64,000 nt of DNA from Pseudomonadota bacterium (GTDB taxonomy: Bacteria > Pseudomonadota > Alphaproteobacteria > Rickettsiales > UBA3002), in NCBI GenBank assembly GCA_040384265.1, contig JAZKJM010000003.1, forward strand, positions 207,919 through 271,918, read 5' to 3'. The notes under the pieces are model-generated. The model ran no database searches and had not been told where the DNA came from. It saw only the letters and a list, made by a program, of their open reading frames with translations. Of this stretch, positions 1 through 9,241 are shown in pieces (the first letter of the stretch is position 1; each line of letters starts with the position of its first letter). The position numbers were made by a program, and so were the translations under genes.

Positions 1-1
1 T

Positions 2-676
2 AACCCGCAATTTTTGGCCGAGCATCCGGAGCTGTTCGAGGTGTTGGTGCCGCCCGAGCAGCAGCATGGGCGCGGGGTGATTGATTTTCAGTATTACGCG
101 ATCGATAACCTGCGCCGCGGCATGCGCAAAATGAAGGATCGTTTTCAGGGCCTGGTCGTCAGCGCCCGCGAGAATCTCTCGGTGCAGCAGCAGGTGCAGC
201 GCGCGGTGGTGTCGACCATCCATGCCCGCAACCTTGAAGAATTGCTCGAAGTGCTGACCGCCGACCTTGTGCGCTGGTTCGATGTCGATATTGTGCGCCT
301 CGCCATGGAATCGGACATGGCCGGGCTGTATGAGACCTATTACCACGAGGATAATTATTCCGGCATTTGCTTTGTGCCCAACGGCACGGCCAATGCGGTG
401 CTGCTGGGGGAATCCGTGCGGCTGATTGGCGATACGCAGGGCGAACCGCCGATTGGGTTTGAAATGGTGTTTGCCGATTGCTCGAGCCTGGTGCGTAGCT
501 GCGCCCTCGTGCGGCTGGATTTGCCAACCATCAAGCGCCCGGCGATCCTTGCGTTTGGGGTGCGCCATGCGGACCGTTTCCACCCCCATCAGGGTGGCGA
601 GCTGCTGGGCTTCCTCGGCGAGGTGATGAGCATCATCCTCGATCGCTGCCTGACGGAAAGCGATTTCTCGGCCTAA
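2..676 (+). CDS. DUF484 (YigA-like) family protein, 5' end outside window
   Basis: The frame of ORF 14..676 stays open to position 2 (..NPQFLAEHPELFEVLVPP..), so the gene begins left of the window. DUF484-like sequence placed directly upstream of xerC, as yigA is in E. coli. Confidence 0.75.
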   Translation, partial: NPQFLAEHPELFEVLVPPEQQHGRGVIDFQYYAIDNLRRGMRKMKDRFQGLVVSARENLSVQQQVQRAVVSTIHARNLEELLEVLTADLVRWFDVDIVRLAMESDMAGLYETYYHEDNYSGICFVPNGTANAVLLGESVRLIGDTQGEPPIGFEMVFADCSSLVRSCALVRLDLPTIKRPAILAFGVRHADRFHPHQGGELLGFLGEVMSIILDRCLTESDFSA

Positions 677-691
677 GGGAGACGGACTCAG

Positions 692-928
692 ATGATCCAG
701 CAGATCGGCGCATGGTTTCTTTCGGTCGTGTTTGGCACTTACCTCGCCCATGGCTTGCTGCTGCAATTCAATGAAAAACGCATACGTCACCGCTGGTATC
801 ACTGGGAGCCGCTGGAGAAACGCCGCTACACGGCCCGCGCGGAAAACCCGGTGGAATATTGGTGGACGATGGGGGTACAATGCATCCTGCTTGCAATCTG
901 TATTTACGTCGCGCTGCGTAACGTATAA
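692..928 (+). CDS. small hypothetical membrane protein (two hydrophobic helices)
   Basis: 78-aa ORF fills the gap between the DUF484 gene and xerC. GGGAG lies about 10 nt upstream of the ATG. Two hydrophobic segments (GAWFLSVVFGTYLAHGLLL, GVQCILLAICIYVAL). Confidence 0.45.
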   Translation: MIQQIGAWFLSVVFGTYLAHGLLLQFNEKRIRHRWYHWEPLEKRRYTARAENPVEYWWTMGVQCILLAICIYVALRNV

Positions 929-937
929 GCCATCGCC

Positions 938-1891
938 ATGACTGAGAAACCTGCATCGCCGCTTTCGCCCGACATCCAGACGCAGCTGCGCCACTGGCTG
1001 CGCGAGTTGGCCACCGTGCGCCGCGCCAGTAACCATTCGATCTCAGCGTATTTGCACGATGTGTCGGGCTTTTTGGCATTCCTGCACCAGCATCAGGGCC
1101 AGTCGATTGGCCTGCCGCAGCTGGAAACATTGGAAGAGCGGGATGTGCGCTCGTGGCTGGCCTACCGCATTACGCGCGGTTATGCCAAATCCTCCAACGC
1201 TCGGGCCCTCTCGGCGGTGCGCACGTTCTTCAAGCATCTCAACCACCATGCGGGCATTCGCAACCTTGCCGCCCAGCAGGTCGCGACACCCAAGCTCGAT
1301 AAACCGCTGCCCAAAGCACCCAGCGAAGCGCAGGCCCGCGCCGCGCTCGATGGGTTGGAGCTGCAGCACAGCGTCGCGTGGATTGCCGCGCGCGACCATG
1401 CGATTGCAATGCTGCTGTATGGCTGCGGGCTGCGCATCAGCGAGGCGCTGGCGCTGACATGTGGCGATGTGTCGATGCCAAGCGCCAGCATCCGCGTGCT
1501 CGGTAAGGGCAATAAGGAGCGGCAGGTACCGTTGCTGACCGTGATCAAAGCGGCGGTGGAGGATTACCTTGCCCAATCGCCGCACCATCGCGCTCGCGCG
1601 CCGGAAGCGGCGCTGTTTGTCGGGCTGCGTGGCAAGCCGCTGCAACCGGCCGTGTTCCAACGTACGCTGCAAAAACTACGCCGCCATTACAGCCTGCCCG
1701 AAAGCCTGACGCCGCACGCACTACGCCATGCGTTTGCCACCCACCTGCTATCGCACGGTGCCGAGCTGCGCGACATCCAGGAACTGCTGGGCCATGAAAG
1801 CCTCTCCACCACCCAGCGCTACACGCATGTAGACGCCACCCGGTTGCTGAGCGCCTATAACGCCGCGCACCCGAATGCGGTGAAGGCGTAG
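938..1891 (+). CDS. xerC: site-specific tyrosine recombinase XerC
   Basis: 317 aa with phage-integrase catalytic region (..RISEALAL.., LTPHALRHAFATHLL, LLGHESLSTTQRYTHV). Follows the DUF484/yigA-like gene. Confidence 0.85.
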   Translation: MTEKPASPLSPDIQTQLRHWLRELATVRRASNHSISAYLHDVSGFLAFLHQHQGQSIGLPQLETLEERDVRSWLAYRITRGYAKSSNARALSAVRTFFKHLNHHAGIRNLAAQQVATPKLDKPLPKAPSEAQARAALDGLELQHSVAWIAARDHAIAMLLYGCGLRISEALALTCGDVSMPSASIRVLGKGNKERQVPLLTVIKAAVEDYLAQSPHHRARAPEAALFVGLRGKPLQPAVFQRTLQKLRRHYSLPESLTPHALRHAFATHLLSHGAELRDIQELLGHESLSTTQRYTHVDATRLLSAYNAAHPNAVKA

Positions 1892-1895
1892 CACG

Positions 1896-2132
1896 CTATT
1901 TCTTGAGGGCATCCAGCTCCGCGCGTAGCGCTGCGTTTTCGGCGCGGGCTTTTTCGGCCATGGCTTTGACGACGTCGAATTCATCGCGGGTGACGAAGCG
2001 GCCGCGGGCGAGCAGGCGCTCGACTTTATCGCCGATCATGGCTTCGAATTCGCGGCGCATATCCATCACGCTACCGGCAGCGCCGGAGGCCATTTTGGCG
2101 AGGTCTTCAAACAGGCGGGAATCTTTTTGCAT
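1896..2132 (-). CDS. ubiK: UbiK/BMFP (YqiC) family accessory factor
   Basis: 78-aa coiled-coil protein. The C-terminal FVTRDEFDVVKAMAEKARAENAALRAELDALK matches the YqiC/BMFP pattern. Confidence 0.7.
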   Translation of the reverse strand: MQKDSRLFEDLAKMASGAAGSVMDMRREFEAMIGDKVERLLARGRFVTRDEFDVVKAMAEKARAENAALRAELDALKK

Positions 2133-2249
2133 GGGCGAATAATAGAGCGTTCAGCGGTCGGAGTCCAGAGTTCCGTTAGGGGGTGATGTTCACTGACCAC
2201 TAGACTCTGGCCACTGAACTCATTACTATTTCCCCAAAGAGGGGATGTT

Positions 2250-3245
2250 ATGAAACGGGTTTTGGTTACGGGCGGTGCTGGGTTCATTGGCAGCAATATC
2301 GCGGGAACGCTGGCGGATTTCACGGATTACCGCGTGGTGGTGGTCGACCAGTTCGGCTCGGACGACAAATGGCGCAACCTGAGCAAGCACCGGATTTACG
2401 AAATTATTTCGCCCGGCGAAGTGTTCTACTGGCTGGAAGCCAACAAAAGCGAGCTGGATGCGATCATCCATATGGGCGCAATTTCGAGCACGACGGAGCA
2501 TAATGTCGATCTGATCCTCGAAACCAACTTCACCTTCAGCCGGGGCTTATGGAACTGGGCGGCGCAGAACAAAAAACGCTTTATCTATGCCTCCTCGGCA
2601 GCGACCTATGGCGCGGGCGAAGAAGGGTTCGATGATAACGGCTCGCTGGATGCGCTGTCGAAGCTGAAGCCGCTGAATGCCTATGGCTGGAGCAAGCATT
2701 TGTTCGACCAGTTCGTAGCGACTGCGACCTCGGGCCTGCATGATAAGGTGCCCTCGCAATGGGTGGGGCTGAAATTCTTCAACGTTTATGGGCCCAATGA
2801 ATACCATAAGGGCCTGCAAAGCTCGGTGGTGGAGCAGATTTACCCGCATGCGAAATACGGGCGGCCGGTGAAGTTGTTCAAATCCTACCGCCCGGATTAC
2901 AAGGATGGCGGCCAGCTGCGTGATTTCGTCTATGTAAAAGACTGCGTGCGGGTGCTGGTCTGGCTGCTGGGCACGCCAGGCGTGAGCGGGCTGTTCAACC
3001 TTGGCACCGGCAAGGCGCGTAGCTTTGCCGACCTTGCGGCGGCGACGTTTGCGGCGGTCGGTAAGGCGCCCACCATCCAGTATATCGATATGCCGGATGA
3101 TATTCGCGGCAAGTACCAGTATTTCACCCAGGCGGAAACGAAGCGCCTGCAGGATGCCGGGTATAACGAGCCGTTCTTCTCGCTCGAAGACGGGGTGAAG
3201 GACTATGTGCAGAACTATCTGGGCAAGGACGACCAGTATTTTTAG
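2250..3245 (+). CDS. hldD: ADP-glyceromanno-heptose 6-epimerase
   Basis: VTGGAGFIGSN Rossmann motif, plus ASSAATYG, NVYGPNEYHKG, LRDFVYVKD and FNLGTGKARSF; collinear with E. coli HldD/RfaD. Confidence 0.9.
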   Translation: MKRVLVTGGAGFIGSNIAGTLADFTDYRVVVVDQFGSDDKWRNLSKHRIYEIISPGEVFYWLEANKSELDAIIHMGAISSTTEHNVDLILETNFTFSRGLWNWAAQNKKRFIYASSAATYGAGEEGFDDNGSLDALSKLKPLNAYGWSKHLFDQFVATATSGLHDKVPSQWVGLKFFNVYGPNEYHKGLQSSVVEQIYPHAKYGRPVKLFKSYRPDYKDGGQLRDFVYVKDCVRVLVWLLGTPGVSGLFNLGTGKARSFADLAAATFAAVGKAPTIQYIDMPDDIRGKYQYFTQAETKRLQDAGYNEPFFSLEDGVKDYVQNYLGKDDQYF

Positions 3246-3352
3246 GTTGCGTCCTGCTCGGCCTGCTGGCCTCCCAATGACGCGCCGCTTCGCGGACTCA
3301 TGGCTGGCTCGCCTGCTGGCTTCGCATGGATAGATGAATTGAAAGTAGCGGC

Positions 3353-4144
3353 ATGACCTTCCCCGATATTTCCCCCATCGCTTTTGCCATCGGCCCGTTG
3401 GTGGTGCGCTGGTATGCGCTGGCCTATGTGGTGGGGATTGTGCTGGCGCAGCTGTATATCGGCTGGCTGAACCGGCGCTTGCCGACCCCCATCCTCACCG
3501 ACAAGGCACGCGAGGATCTCGTGTTGTATGGCGTGCTGGGGATTATTCTGGGCGGTCGGCTGGGCTATGTGCTGTTTTATAACGCCGGCTATTACCTGCA
3601 CAACCCGATGGATATACTGATGGTGTGGCATGGCGGCATGTCGTTCCATGGCGGGTTTTTGGGCGTGTTGCTGGCGTTTTATTTCTTCGCGCGCCGCTAT
3701 CAGATCCGCTGGCTGCAGCTGATGGATCTGCTGGCGGCGGCGACACCGATTGGGCTGGGCCTTGGGCGGCTGGCGAATTTTGTGAATGGCGAGCTGTATG
3801 GGCGGGTGACGAGCGCGCCATGGGGGATGGTTTTCCCGCATGGGGGCGATGCGCCGCGCCATCCCAGCCAGCTGTATGAGGCGGGGCTGGAAGGGTTGCT
3901 GCTGGGGCTGCTCCTGTTGCTGCTGGCGACGCGCACGCGGGCGCTTTCCTACCGCGGGCTGCTGGGCGGGGTGTTTGTCGGCGGTTATGGGCTGGCGCGC
4001 TTTACGGTCGAGTTTTTCCGCGAGCCCGATAGCCAGCTGGGCACGTTTGCGTATGGGATCAGCATGGGGCAGCTGCTGTGCATCCCGATGATGCTGGTGG
4101 GGATATGGCTGGTCGTGAGCGCGAAAAAGCGGCCGGTGGTATGA
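3353..4144 (+). CDS. lgt: prolipoprotein diacylglyceryl transferase
   Basis: 263-aa polytopic membrane protein with Lgt motifs (HGGMSFHGGFLG, GRLANFVNGELYGR, HPSQLYE). Confidence 0.9.
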   Translation: MTFPDISPIAFAIGPLVVRWYALAYVVGIVLAQLYIGWLNRRLPTPILTDKAREDLVLYGVLGIILGGRLGYVLFYNAGYYLHNPMDILMVWHGGMSFHGGFLGVLLAFYFFARRYQIRWLQLMDLLAAATPIGLGLGRLANFVNGELYGRVTSAPWGMVFPHGGDAPRHPSQLYEAGLEGLLLGLLLLLLATRTRALSYRGLLGGVFVGGYGLARFTVEFFREPDSQLGTFAYGISMGQLLCIPMMLVGIWLVVSAKKRPVV

Positions 4145-5217
4145 GCGCGCTTACCACCATCTTGCGCGACAAGATCGCGGCGAGCGGGCCGCTGAGCATT
4201 GCGGAGTATATGGCGCTGGCGCTCGGCCATCCGGAGCATGGCTATTACATCAAGCAGGACCCGTTCGGCGCGCGTGGTGATTTCATTACCGCGCCCGAGA
4301 TCAGCCAGATTTTTGGCGAGATGGTTGGCGTGTGGCTGGTGCAGGTCTGGCTGCAAATGGGCAGCGGGCCGGTCAGTTTGGTCGAGCTGGGGCCGGGGCG
4401 CGGCACGCTGATGGCCGATATTTTGCGGGCGACCAAAACCATGGCCAATTTCCATGATTCGATCACCATCCATATGGTTGAGACCAGCCCGACGCTGGCC
4501 CATGCGCAATATATGCGGCTGCGCGACGAGCACCCGCGCATCGAGTGGCTGGATACGATCGATGAAATTCCGCCGCAGAAACTGCTGCTGGTGGCCAATG
4601 AGTTTTTCGATGCGCTACCGATCCGCCAATATGTGATGACGCCCGAAGGCATGCGCGAGCGGCGGGTGGATTGGGATGCGGCGGCGCAGAAGCTCGCCTT
4701 TACGCTGGGCGAACCGGGGCTGATGCTGGCCAAATCCGGCAGCCTGATTCCGCCGGGCACGGTGATGGAGCAATCGCCCGCCAGCCGCACGCTGATGCGG
4801 CAGCTGGCGCAGCATATCCAGACCCATGGCGGGGCGGGCCTTGTGATCGATTACGGCTATCTGGGCGAGGCGCATAGCGATACGCTGCAGGCGATGAAGT
4901 CGCATCTGTTCCACCCGGTGCTGAACGATCCGGGCGATGCGGATATTACCGCGCATGTTGATTTCACCAGCCTGAAGGGTATCGCGGCGGATGCGGGCAA
5001 TGCGGTGCATGGGCTGGCGACGCAGGGCGAGTTCCTCATCCGCATGGGGGCCGAACTGCGCATGGAAATGTTGTTGCGCCAGGCCACGCCTGACCAGCGC
5101 GACGCGCTTATCAGCGGACTGCAGCGGCTGATTTCGCCGCAGCAAATGGGCGAGCTGTTTAAGGTGATGGCCTTCACCCAGGATGCGCGGCTCGACCCGC
5201 CGGGATTTGTCGGCTGA
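4141..5217 (+). CDS. class I SAM-dependent methyltransferase, NDUFAF7/MidA (DUF185) family
   Basis: Start trimmed to ATG 4141 (MSALTTILRDK), which overlaps the lgt stop. Motifs GDFITAPEISQIFGE and ELGPGRGTLMADIL. The lgt-MTase-pgeF order is typical of alphaproteobacteria. Confidence 0.85.
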   Translation: MSALTTILRDKIAASGPLSIAEYMALALGHPEHGYYIKQDPFGARGDFITAPEISQIFGEMVGVWLVQVWLQMGSGPVSLVELGPGRGTLMADILRATKTMANFHDSITIHMVETSPTLAHAQYMRLRDEHPRIEWLDTIDEIPPQKLLLVANEFFDALPIRQYVMTPEGMRERRVDWDAAAQKLAFTLGEPGLMLAKSGSLIPPGTVMEQSPASRTLMRQLAQHIQTHGGAGLVIDYGYLGEAHSDTLQAMKSHLFHPVLNDPGDADITAHVDFTSLKGIAADAGNAVHGLATQGEFLIRMGAELRMEMLLRQATPDQRDALISGLQRLISPQQMGELFKVMAFTQDARLDPPGFVG

Positions 5218-5987
5218 TGGACACGCCATTTCACACCCACCCATCGCTTGTTTCCGAGCGCATCGCCCACGGGTTTTTTGGCCGCGCGGGTGGGGTGAGC
5301 ACAGGGCTTTACCGCGGGCTGAATTGCGGGGCGGGCAGCCGGGATGACCAAACGCATATTGCGGAAAACCGGGCGCGGGTGGCGCGGGCGCTGGGCGGCA
5401 CACCTACGGCGCTTTGCACGCTCTATCAGATACATTCGCCAGACGTGGTGATTGTTCATGCGCCGTTCGATGGGCCCGCGCCGCAGGCGGATGCGCTGGT
5501 GACGAACACGCCCGGGCTGGTGCTCGGCATTCTCACGGCCGATTGCACGCCGGTGCTGTTTGCGGATGCGCAGGCCGGGGTGATCGGTGCCGCCCATGCA
5601 GGCTGGAAAGGCGCGCATGGGGGGGTGCTTGAAAACACCCTCGCGGCGATGGAAACGCTGGGCGCGCGGCGGGCGGATATTACGGCCGCCATCGGCCCCA
5701 CGATTGCGCAGGCGAGCTATGAGGTGGGGCCGGAATTCATCGCCCGGTTTGCGCCTGCTGAGCAGCAGCAATTTTTCCGCCCAAGCATGCGCGCGGGGCA
5801 TCACCAGTTTGATTTGCCTGCCTATGTGGTGCATCGGTTAACGCACGCGGGCGTACAGCAACTTGCCACGCTTGGGATGGACACCTGCAGCGACCGCGAG
5901 TGCTTCTTCAGCTACCGCCGGGCGACGCTTGCCGGGGAAGCAGATTACGGGCGGCAGCTTAGCGCGATCGTGTTACGGGTTGATTGA
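5217..5987 (+). CDS. pgeF: peptidoglycan editing factor PgeF / YfiH (DUF152)
   Basis: 256 aa with HGFFGRAGGVS, LTADCTPVLF and IGAAHAGWKG motifs. The start overlaps the upstream stop. Confidence 0.85.
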   Translation: MDTPFHTHPSLVSERIAHGFFGRAGGVSTGLYRGLNCGAGSRDDQTHIAENRARVARALGGTPTALCTLYQIHSPDVVIVHAPFDGPAPQADALVTNTPGLVLGILTADCTPVLFADAQAGVIGAAHAGWKGAHGGVLENTLAAMETLGARRADITAAIGPTIAQASYEVGPEFIARFAPAEQQQFFRPSMRAGHHQFDLPAYVVHRLTHAGVQQLATLGMDTCSDRECFFSYRRATLAGEADYGRQLSAIVLRVD

Positions 5988-5989
5988 AA

Positions 5990-6118
5990 GGGGGCCTTGC
6001 CCCCTACGCTACGCTGACCCCCGCCGCTGCGCGGGTCGGCCCTTGGCCTCCCTCGGCTTGCCTTGGACTATGCATTTTTCTTTTGTGTTCCCTCGTGTCC
6101 CCTAAGCCTCCCGATTAT
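5990..6118 (+). repeat. family E intergenic repeat (subtype 1)
   Basis: Starts with the GC hairpin GGGGGCcttGCCCCC right after the pgeF stop. Continues CTACGCTACGCTGACCCCCGCCGCTGCGCGGGTCG ... GGACTATGCATTTTTC ... and is near-identical to 7202..7300. Confidence 0.85.
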
Positions 6119-6197
6119 CATGCCACGCAGGCTGGCATCCATCGCAAGCAATGCCACCTGTGGTGAAGCGGGACCCCGTCGTGCGACGGGGTGACAG
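6117..6197 (+). repeat. family D repeat (two-hairpin module)
   Basis: ATCATGCCAcGCAGGCTGGCATCCATCGC hairpin plus GGACCCCGTCGTGCGACGGGGTGACAG hairpin; the same pair recurs at 33676..33790. Confidence 0.85.
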
Positions 6198-6248
6198 TAG
6201 ACAAAGTGGAGCCAGGACGCCCCCTGCGCCGAAGGCGCTTTATCATTT

Positions 6249-6284
6249 CTCGATTGCGAGGAGCGCGGCAACGTGGCAATCCAG
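6249..6284. repeat. family A repeat, solo arm
   Basis: TCGATTGCGAGGAGCGCGGCAACGTGGCAATCCAG resembles the long left arm of family A (compare 31373..31407). No partner arm; lies about 30 nt upstream of the ilvE ATG. Confidence 0.7.
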
Positions 6285-6315
6285 AAGCCTCATCGATCAT
6301 GACGGAGCATGCACC

Positions 6316-7188
6316 ATGGCTATTCTACCTTTCGACGACCGCGACGGCACCATCTGGGTGAATGGCGCGATGGTGGCATGGCGCGATGCCAAGACGCATC
6401 TGCTGACGCACGGGCTGCATTATGGCTCCTGCGTGTTCGAGGGTGAGCGCGCCTATGGCGGGAAAATTTTTAAAAGCCGCGAGCATAGCGAACGGCTGCA
6501 CCGTTCGGCGGAGCTGCTGGGCTTCGTGATCCCTTACAGTGTCGATCAGCTGGAAGTTGCAAAAGCGCAGGTGCTGGCGGAAAATAACCTGGTCGATGGC
6601 TATGTGCGCCCATTTGCGTGGCGCGGCAGCGAGATGATGGCGATTTCGGCGCAGCAAACCACCATCCATGTGGCGATTGCCTGCTGGGCGTGGCCGAGCA
6701 TGTATAAAAAGAACCCGCAGACCGAAGGCGTGCGCCTCGGCATGGGCATTTATAAGCGGCCGAGCCCCGAAAGCGCGCCGGTGGCGAGCAAGGCGGCGGG
6801 GCTGTATATGATCTGCACCATCAGCAAACATGCGGCGGAAAAAGACGGGTTCGACGATGCGTTGATGCTCGATTACCGTGGCTATCTCGCCGAGGCGACG
6901 GGGGCGAATCTGTTCCTCGTGATTGACGGTGAAATCCATACGCCGACGCCCGATTGCTTCCTTGATGGCATCACCCGCCGCACGGTGATTGGGCTGGCGC
7001 GCGCGGCAGGGATCACGGTGCATGAGCGCCATATCAAACCGGAAGAGCTGGCGCGGGTGCAGGAAGTGTTCCTGACCGGCACGGCGGCGGAAATCACCCC
7101 GGTCAGTGAAATCGCCGGGCAACAATTTGCGATTGGGCCGGTGACGAAGGGCCTGATCGCTAGCTACGCGGCGCTGACGCGTAGCTAG
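6316..7188 (+). CDS. ilvE: branched-chain-amino-acid aminotransferase (class IV)
   Basis: Start trimmed from 6151 to ATG 6316 (MAILPFDDRDG), because the upstream part of the ORF translates repeat DNA. Class IV aminotransferase pattern (GLHYGSCVFEGERAY, GANLFLV, LTGTAAEITPV). Confidence 0.85.
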   Translation: MAILPFDDRDGTIWVNGAMVAWRDAKTHLLTHGLHYGSCVFEGERAYGGKIFKSREHSERLHRSAELLGFVIPYSVDQLEVAKAQVLAENNLVDGYVRPFAWRGSEMMAISAQQTTIHVAIACWAWPSMYKKNPQTEGVRLGMGIYKRPSPESAPVASKAAGLYMICTISKHAAEKDGFDDALMLDYRGYLAEATGANLFLVIDGEIHTPTPDCFLDGITRRTVIGLARAAGITVHERHIKPEELARVQEVFLTGTAAEITPVSEIAGQQFAIGPVTKGLIASYAALTRS

Positions 7189-7201
7189 TTAGCGTTAGAT
7201 T

Positions 7202-7300
7202 GTAGGGGGCTTTTTGCCCCCTACGCTTCGCTGACCCCCGCCGCTACGCGGGTCGCGCGGAGCGCTCCCACGGCTTGTCTGGGGCTATGCATTTTTCTTT
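7202..7300 (+). repeat. family E intergenic repeat (subtype 1)
   Basis: GTAGGGGGCtttttGCCCCCTAC hairpin 14 nt after the ilvE stop, then CGCTTCGCTGACCCCCGCCGCTACGCGGGTCG ... GGGGCTATGCATTTTTCTTT. Its 3' end supplies the last codons and the stop of pgsA on the other strand. Confidence 0.85.
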
Positions 7301-7935
7301 GCTGCGCGCATGCTTCGTGTTGCTGCGCGGGTGTACGCAACTGCGCTGAGCAGGGCGAGGGCGACGGCGGCATAGAGCAGGGGCAGGCCGGCGATGTCGG
7401 CGGCGCGGATCAGCAGGGGTTGGTTGGCGCAGCTGGTGACGAGATGGCCCGCGCTATCGGTGATGGCGCTGCATTTAAAATTCAATGCATAGGGCGGGTT
7501 GAAGGCCTGAGTGCCCAGCAGCAGGGTGATGGCGGCCATTTGCAGTGCGGTTTTCCATTTGCCGCTTTTGGAGACGGGCAGGGCGATGGCGCGCAGGGCG
7601 AGGAACTCGCGCAGGCCCGAAATATATAGCTCACGCAGGATGATGACGGCGACGGGCAGCAGCAGCGGCAGGCCCATCATCAGCAGCAAATAGAGCAGCA
7701 TGGTGGCGACCAGCAGCTTATCGGAAATCTGGTCGAGCATGGTGCCAAGCGGGGTGATGGCGTTCCAGCGGCGGGCGAGATAGCCGTCGAGGTAATCGGT
7801 CAGCGCGGCGGCGAGGAAAATCCAGAAAATCGGCGTGGCGTGGCGCGGGGCCAGCAGCATCAACGCGAGGCTGATGGGCACCGCGGCCACGCGGGCGAAA
7901 GTCAGCAGGTTGGGGATCTGCTGGCGGGTCAGCAT
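7285..7935 (-). CDS. pgsA: CDP-diacylglycerol--glycerol-3-phosphate 3-phosphatidyltransferase
   Basis: CDP-alcohol phosphatidyltransferase motif (DYLDGYLARRWN..G..LD.ISDK) and N-terminal NLLTFARV. Confidence 0.8.
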   Translation of the reverse strand: MLTRQQIPNLLTFARVAAVPISLALMLLAPRHATPIFWIFLAAALTDYLDGYLARRWNAITPLGTMLDQISDKLLVATMLLYLLLMMGLPLLLPVAVIILRELYISGLREFLALRAIALPVSKSGKWKTALQMAAITLLLGTQAFNPPYALNFKCSAITDSAGHLVTSCANQPLLIRAADIAGLPLLYAAVALALLSAVAYTRAATRSMRAAKKNA

Positions 7936-8418
7936 CTAGGCGGTGGCGGCCTGTTTTTGTTGCTGGTCGCGATACATCGCGGCGAAATCCATCGGGTCGA
8001 GCTGCAGCGGCGGGAAGCCGCCGTCGCGCGTCAGGTCGGCGATGACGCGGCGGGCGAATGGGTAGAGCAGCTGCGCGCCCTGGATGAAAATGGCGGTTTC
8101 GAGCGACTCGGCCGGGATGGCCTGCACTTCGATCACCCCGGCATAAACGAGGTCGCACAGGAAGACAGTGGTTTTATCCGACACGGCGCGGGTGGCGATG
8201 TGGATGGTCAGCTCGAAGACTTTTTCCTCGAGCCGGTTGGCGCCGAGGCTGATCTGCACATCCATCTGCGGGGCCTCGCGCATGGCGAAAATGCTGGCCG
8301 GTGCGCGCGGGTTTTCGAACGACATGTCCTTGATATATTGGGCGCGCAGGAAAAGCGCGGGGCGGTCGGCGGCAGGTGCGGCGGCGGGGGTTTCGTCGGT
8401 CATGATGTCGTCTTTCAC
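7936..8418 (-). CDS. secB: protein-export chaperone SecB
   Basis: 160 aa, LRAQYIKDMSFENPRAP.. typical SecB N-terminal region; adjacent to a Tim44-like gene as in other alphaproteobacteria. An alternative ATG lies 5 codons in. Confidence 0.9.
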   Translation of the reverse strand: MKDDIMTDETPAAAPAADRPALFLRAQYIKDMSFENPRAPASIFAMREAPQMDVQISLGANRLEEKVFELTIHIATRAVSDKTTVFLCDLVYAGVIEVQAIPAESLETAIFIQGAQLLYPFARRVIADLTRDGGFPPLQLDPMDFAAMYRDQQQKQAATA

Positions 8419-8523
8419 GTTAAGAATCCTTGTATTTACTGGGGTTTTGTCTATATGACTCGTACCATTCTGTCACTCGTAAATTTCAACCGGCGCAGCA
8501 TGCCTGCGAGAGTAGAGATCCCC

Positions 8524-9189
8524 ATGGACGGCGCTTTTCCTTACGGCGATATTATTGTGATTGGCGCGATTGCCGCCTTCATCCTGCTGCGCTACCGCGC
8601 GATGCTGGGCGAAAGCCGTGGCCGCGACGAAACCAGCATCCGCCCGAATGCGGCACCGGCGACGGATTACGAGCGGGTGATCCAGCTGCCCGCGGCGCGG
8701 GTGATGGCGGTGGCCGATAGCAAGGAAGAGTTCGCTGGCAAATATGGCTCGCTGGCGGAAACCTTCGTGGCGATGCGGGCGATCGACCGCGATTTCGCGC
8801 CGGATGATTTTCTGCAAGGAGCACGCGCGGCCTATGAGATGGTGATTGCCGCCTTCAGCAAAAGCGACCGCGAGACGCTGAAAATGCTGCTCTCGAAAGA
8901 GATGTATGCGAGCTTTGACCTCTCGCTGAGCGAGGCGCAGGCGGCCAAACGCATCAACGATACGACGCTGGTGGCGATCACCAAGGCGGAGATTGCGCAG
9001 GCGAAGCTGACCGGCAGCCTGGCGACGATCACGGTTGATTTCGTGACCGACCAGATCCACCTCATCCGCGATGAAAACGGTGCGATTATCGAGGGCAATG
9101 CGAGCCAGGAGCATCAGGTCGAAGACCGCTGGGTGTTCACCCGCACGTTGACGAGCGGGAACCCGAACTGGACGATTATCGAGACGTAG
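8524..9189 (+). CDS. Tim44-like domain protein
   Basis: Trimmed from the 449-aa ORF 7840..9189, whose 5' part is antisense to secB. Starts MDGAFPYGDIIVIGAIAAFILLRYRAMLG (TM helix), followed by a Tim44-like C-terminal domain (FLQGARAAYEMVIAAFSK.., DRWVFTR..NPNWTII). An alternative ATG at 8455 is possible. Confidence 0.8.
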   Translation: MDGAFPYGDIIVIGAIAAFILLRYRAMLGESRGRDETSIRPNAAPATDYERVIQLPAARVMAVADSKEEFAGKYGSLAETFVAMRAIDRDFAPDDFLQGARAAYEMVIAAFSKSDRETLKMLLSKEMYASFDLSLSEAQAAKRINDTTLVAITKAEIAQAKLTGSLATITVDFVTDQIHLIRDENGAIIEGNASQEHQVEDRWVFTRTLTSGNPNWTIIET

Positions 9190-9241
9190 GCGGTTACTTC
9201 CTGCGTGACAGATGGGGTGGGTTTGATTAATCATCGATCCC

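Noticed and set aside
7840-8523. N-terminal 228 codons of the 449-aa ORF 7840..9189, and similar 5' extensions of ilvE (6151), uvrC (17070), proC (14916), ELM1 (23880), the antitoxin (25108), the methyltransferase (4078) and the kinase (11521).
   Set aside because: The extensions run antisense through neighbouring genes or through repeat DNA. Internal starts give N-termini that match the families and/or have better RBSs.
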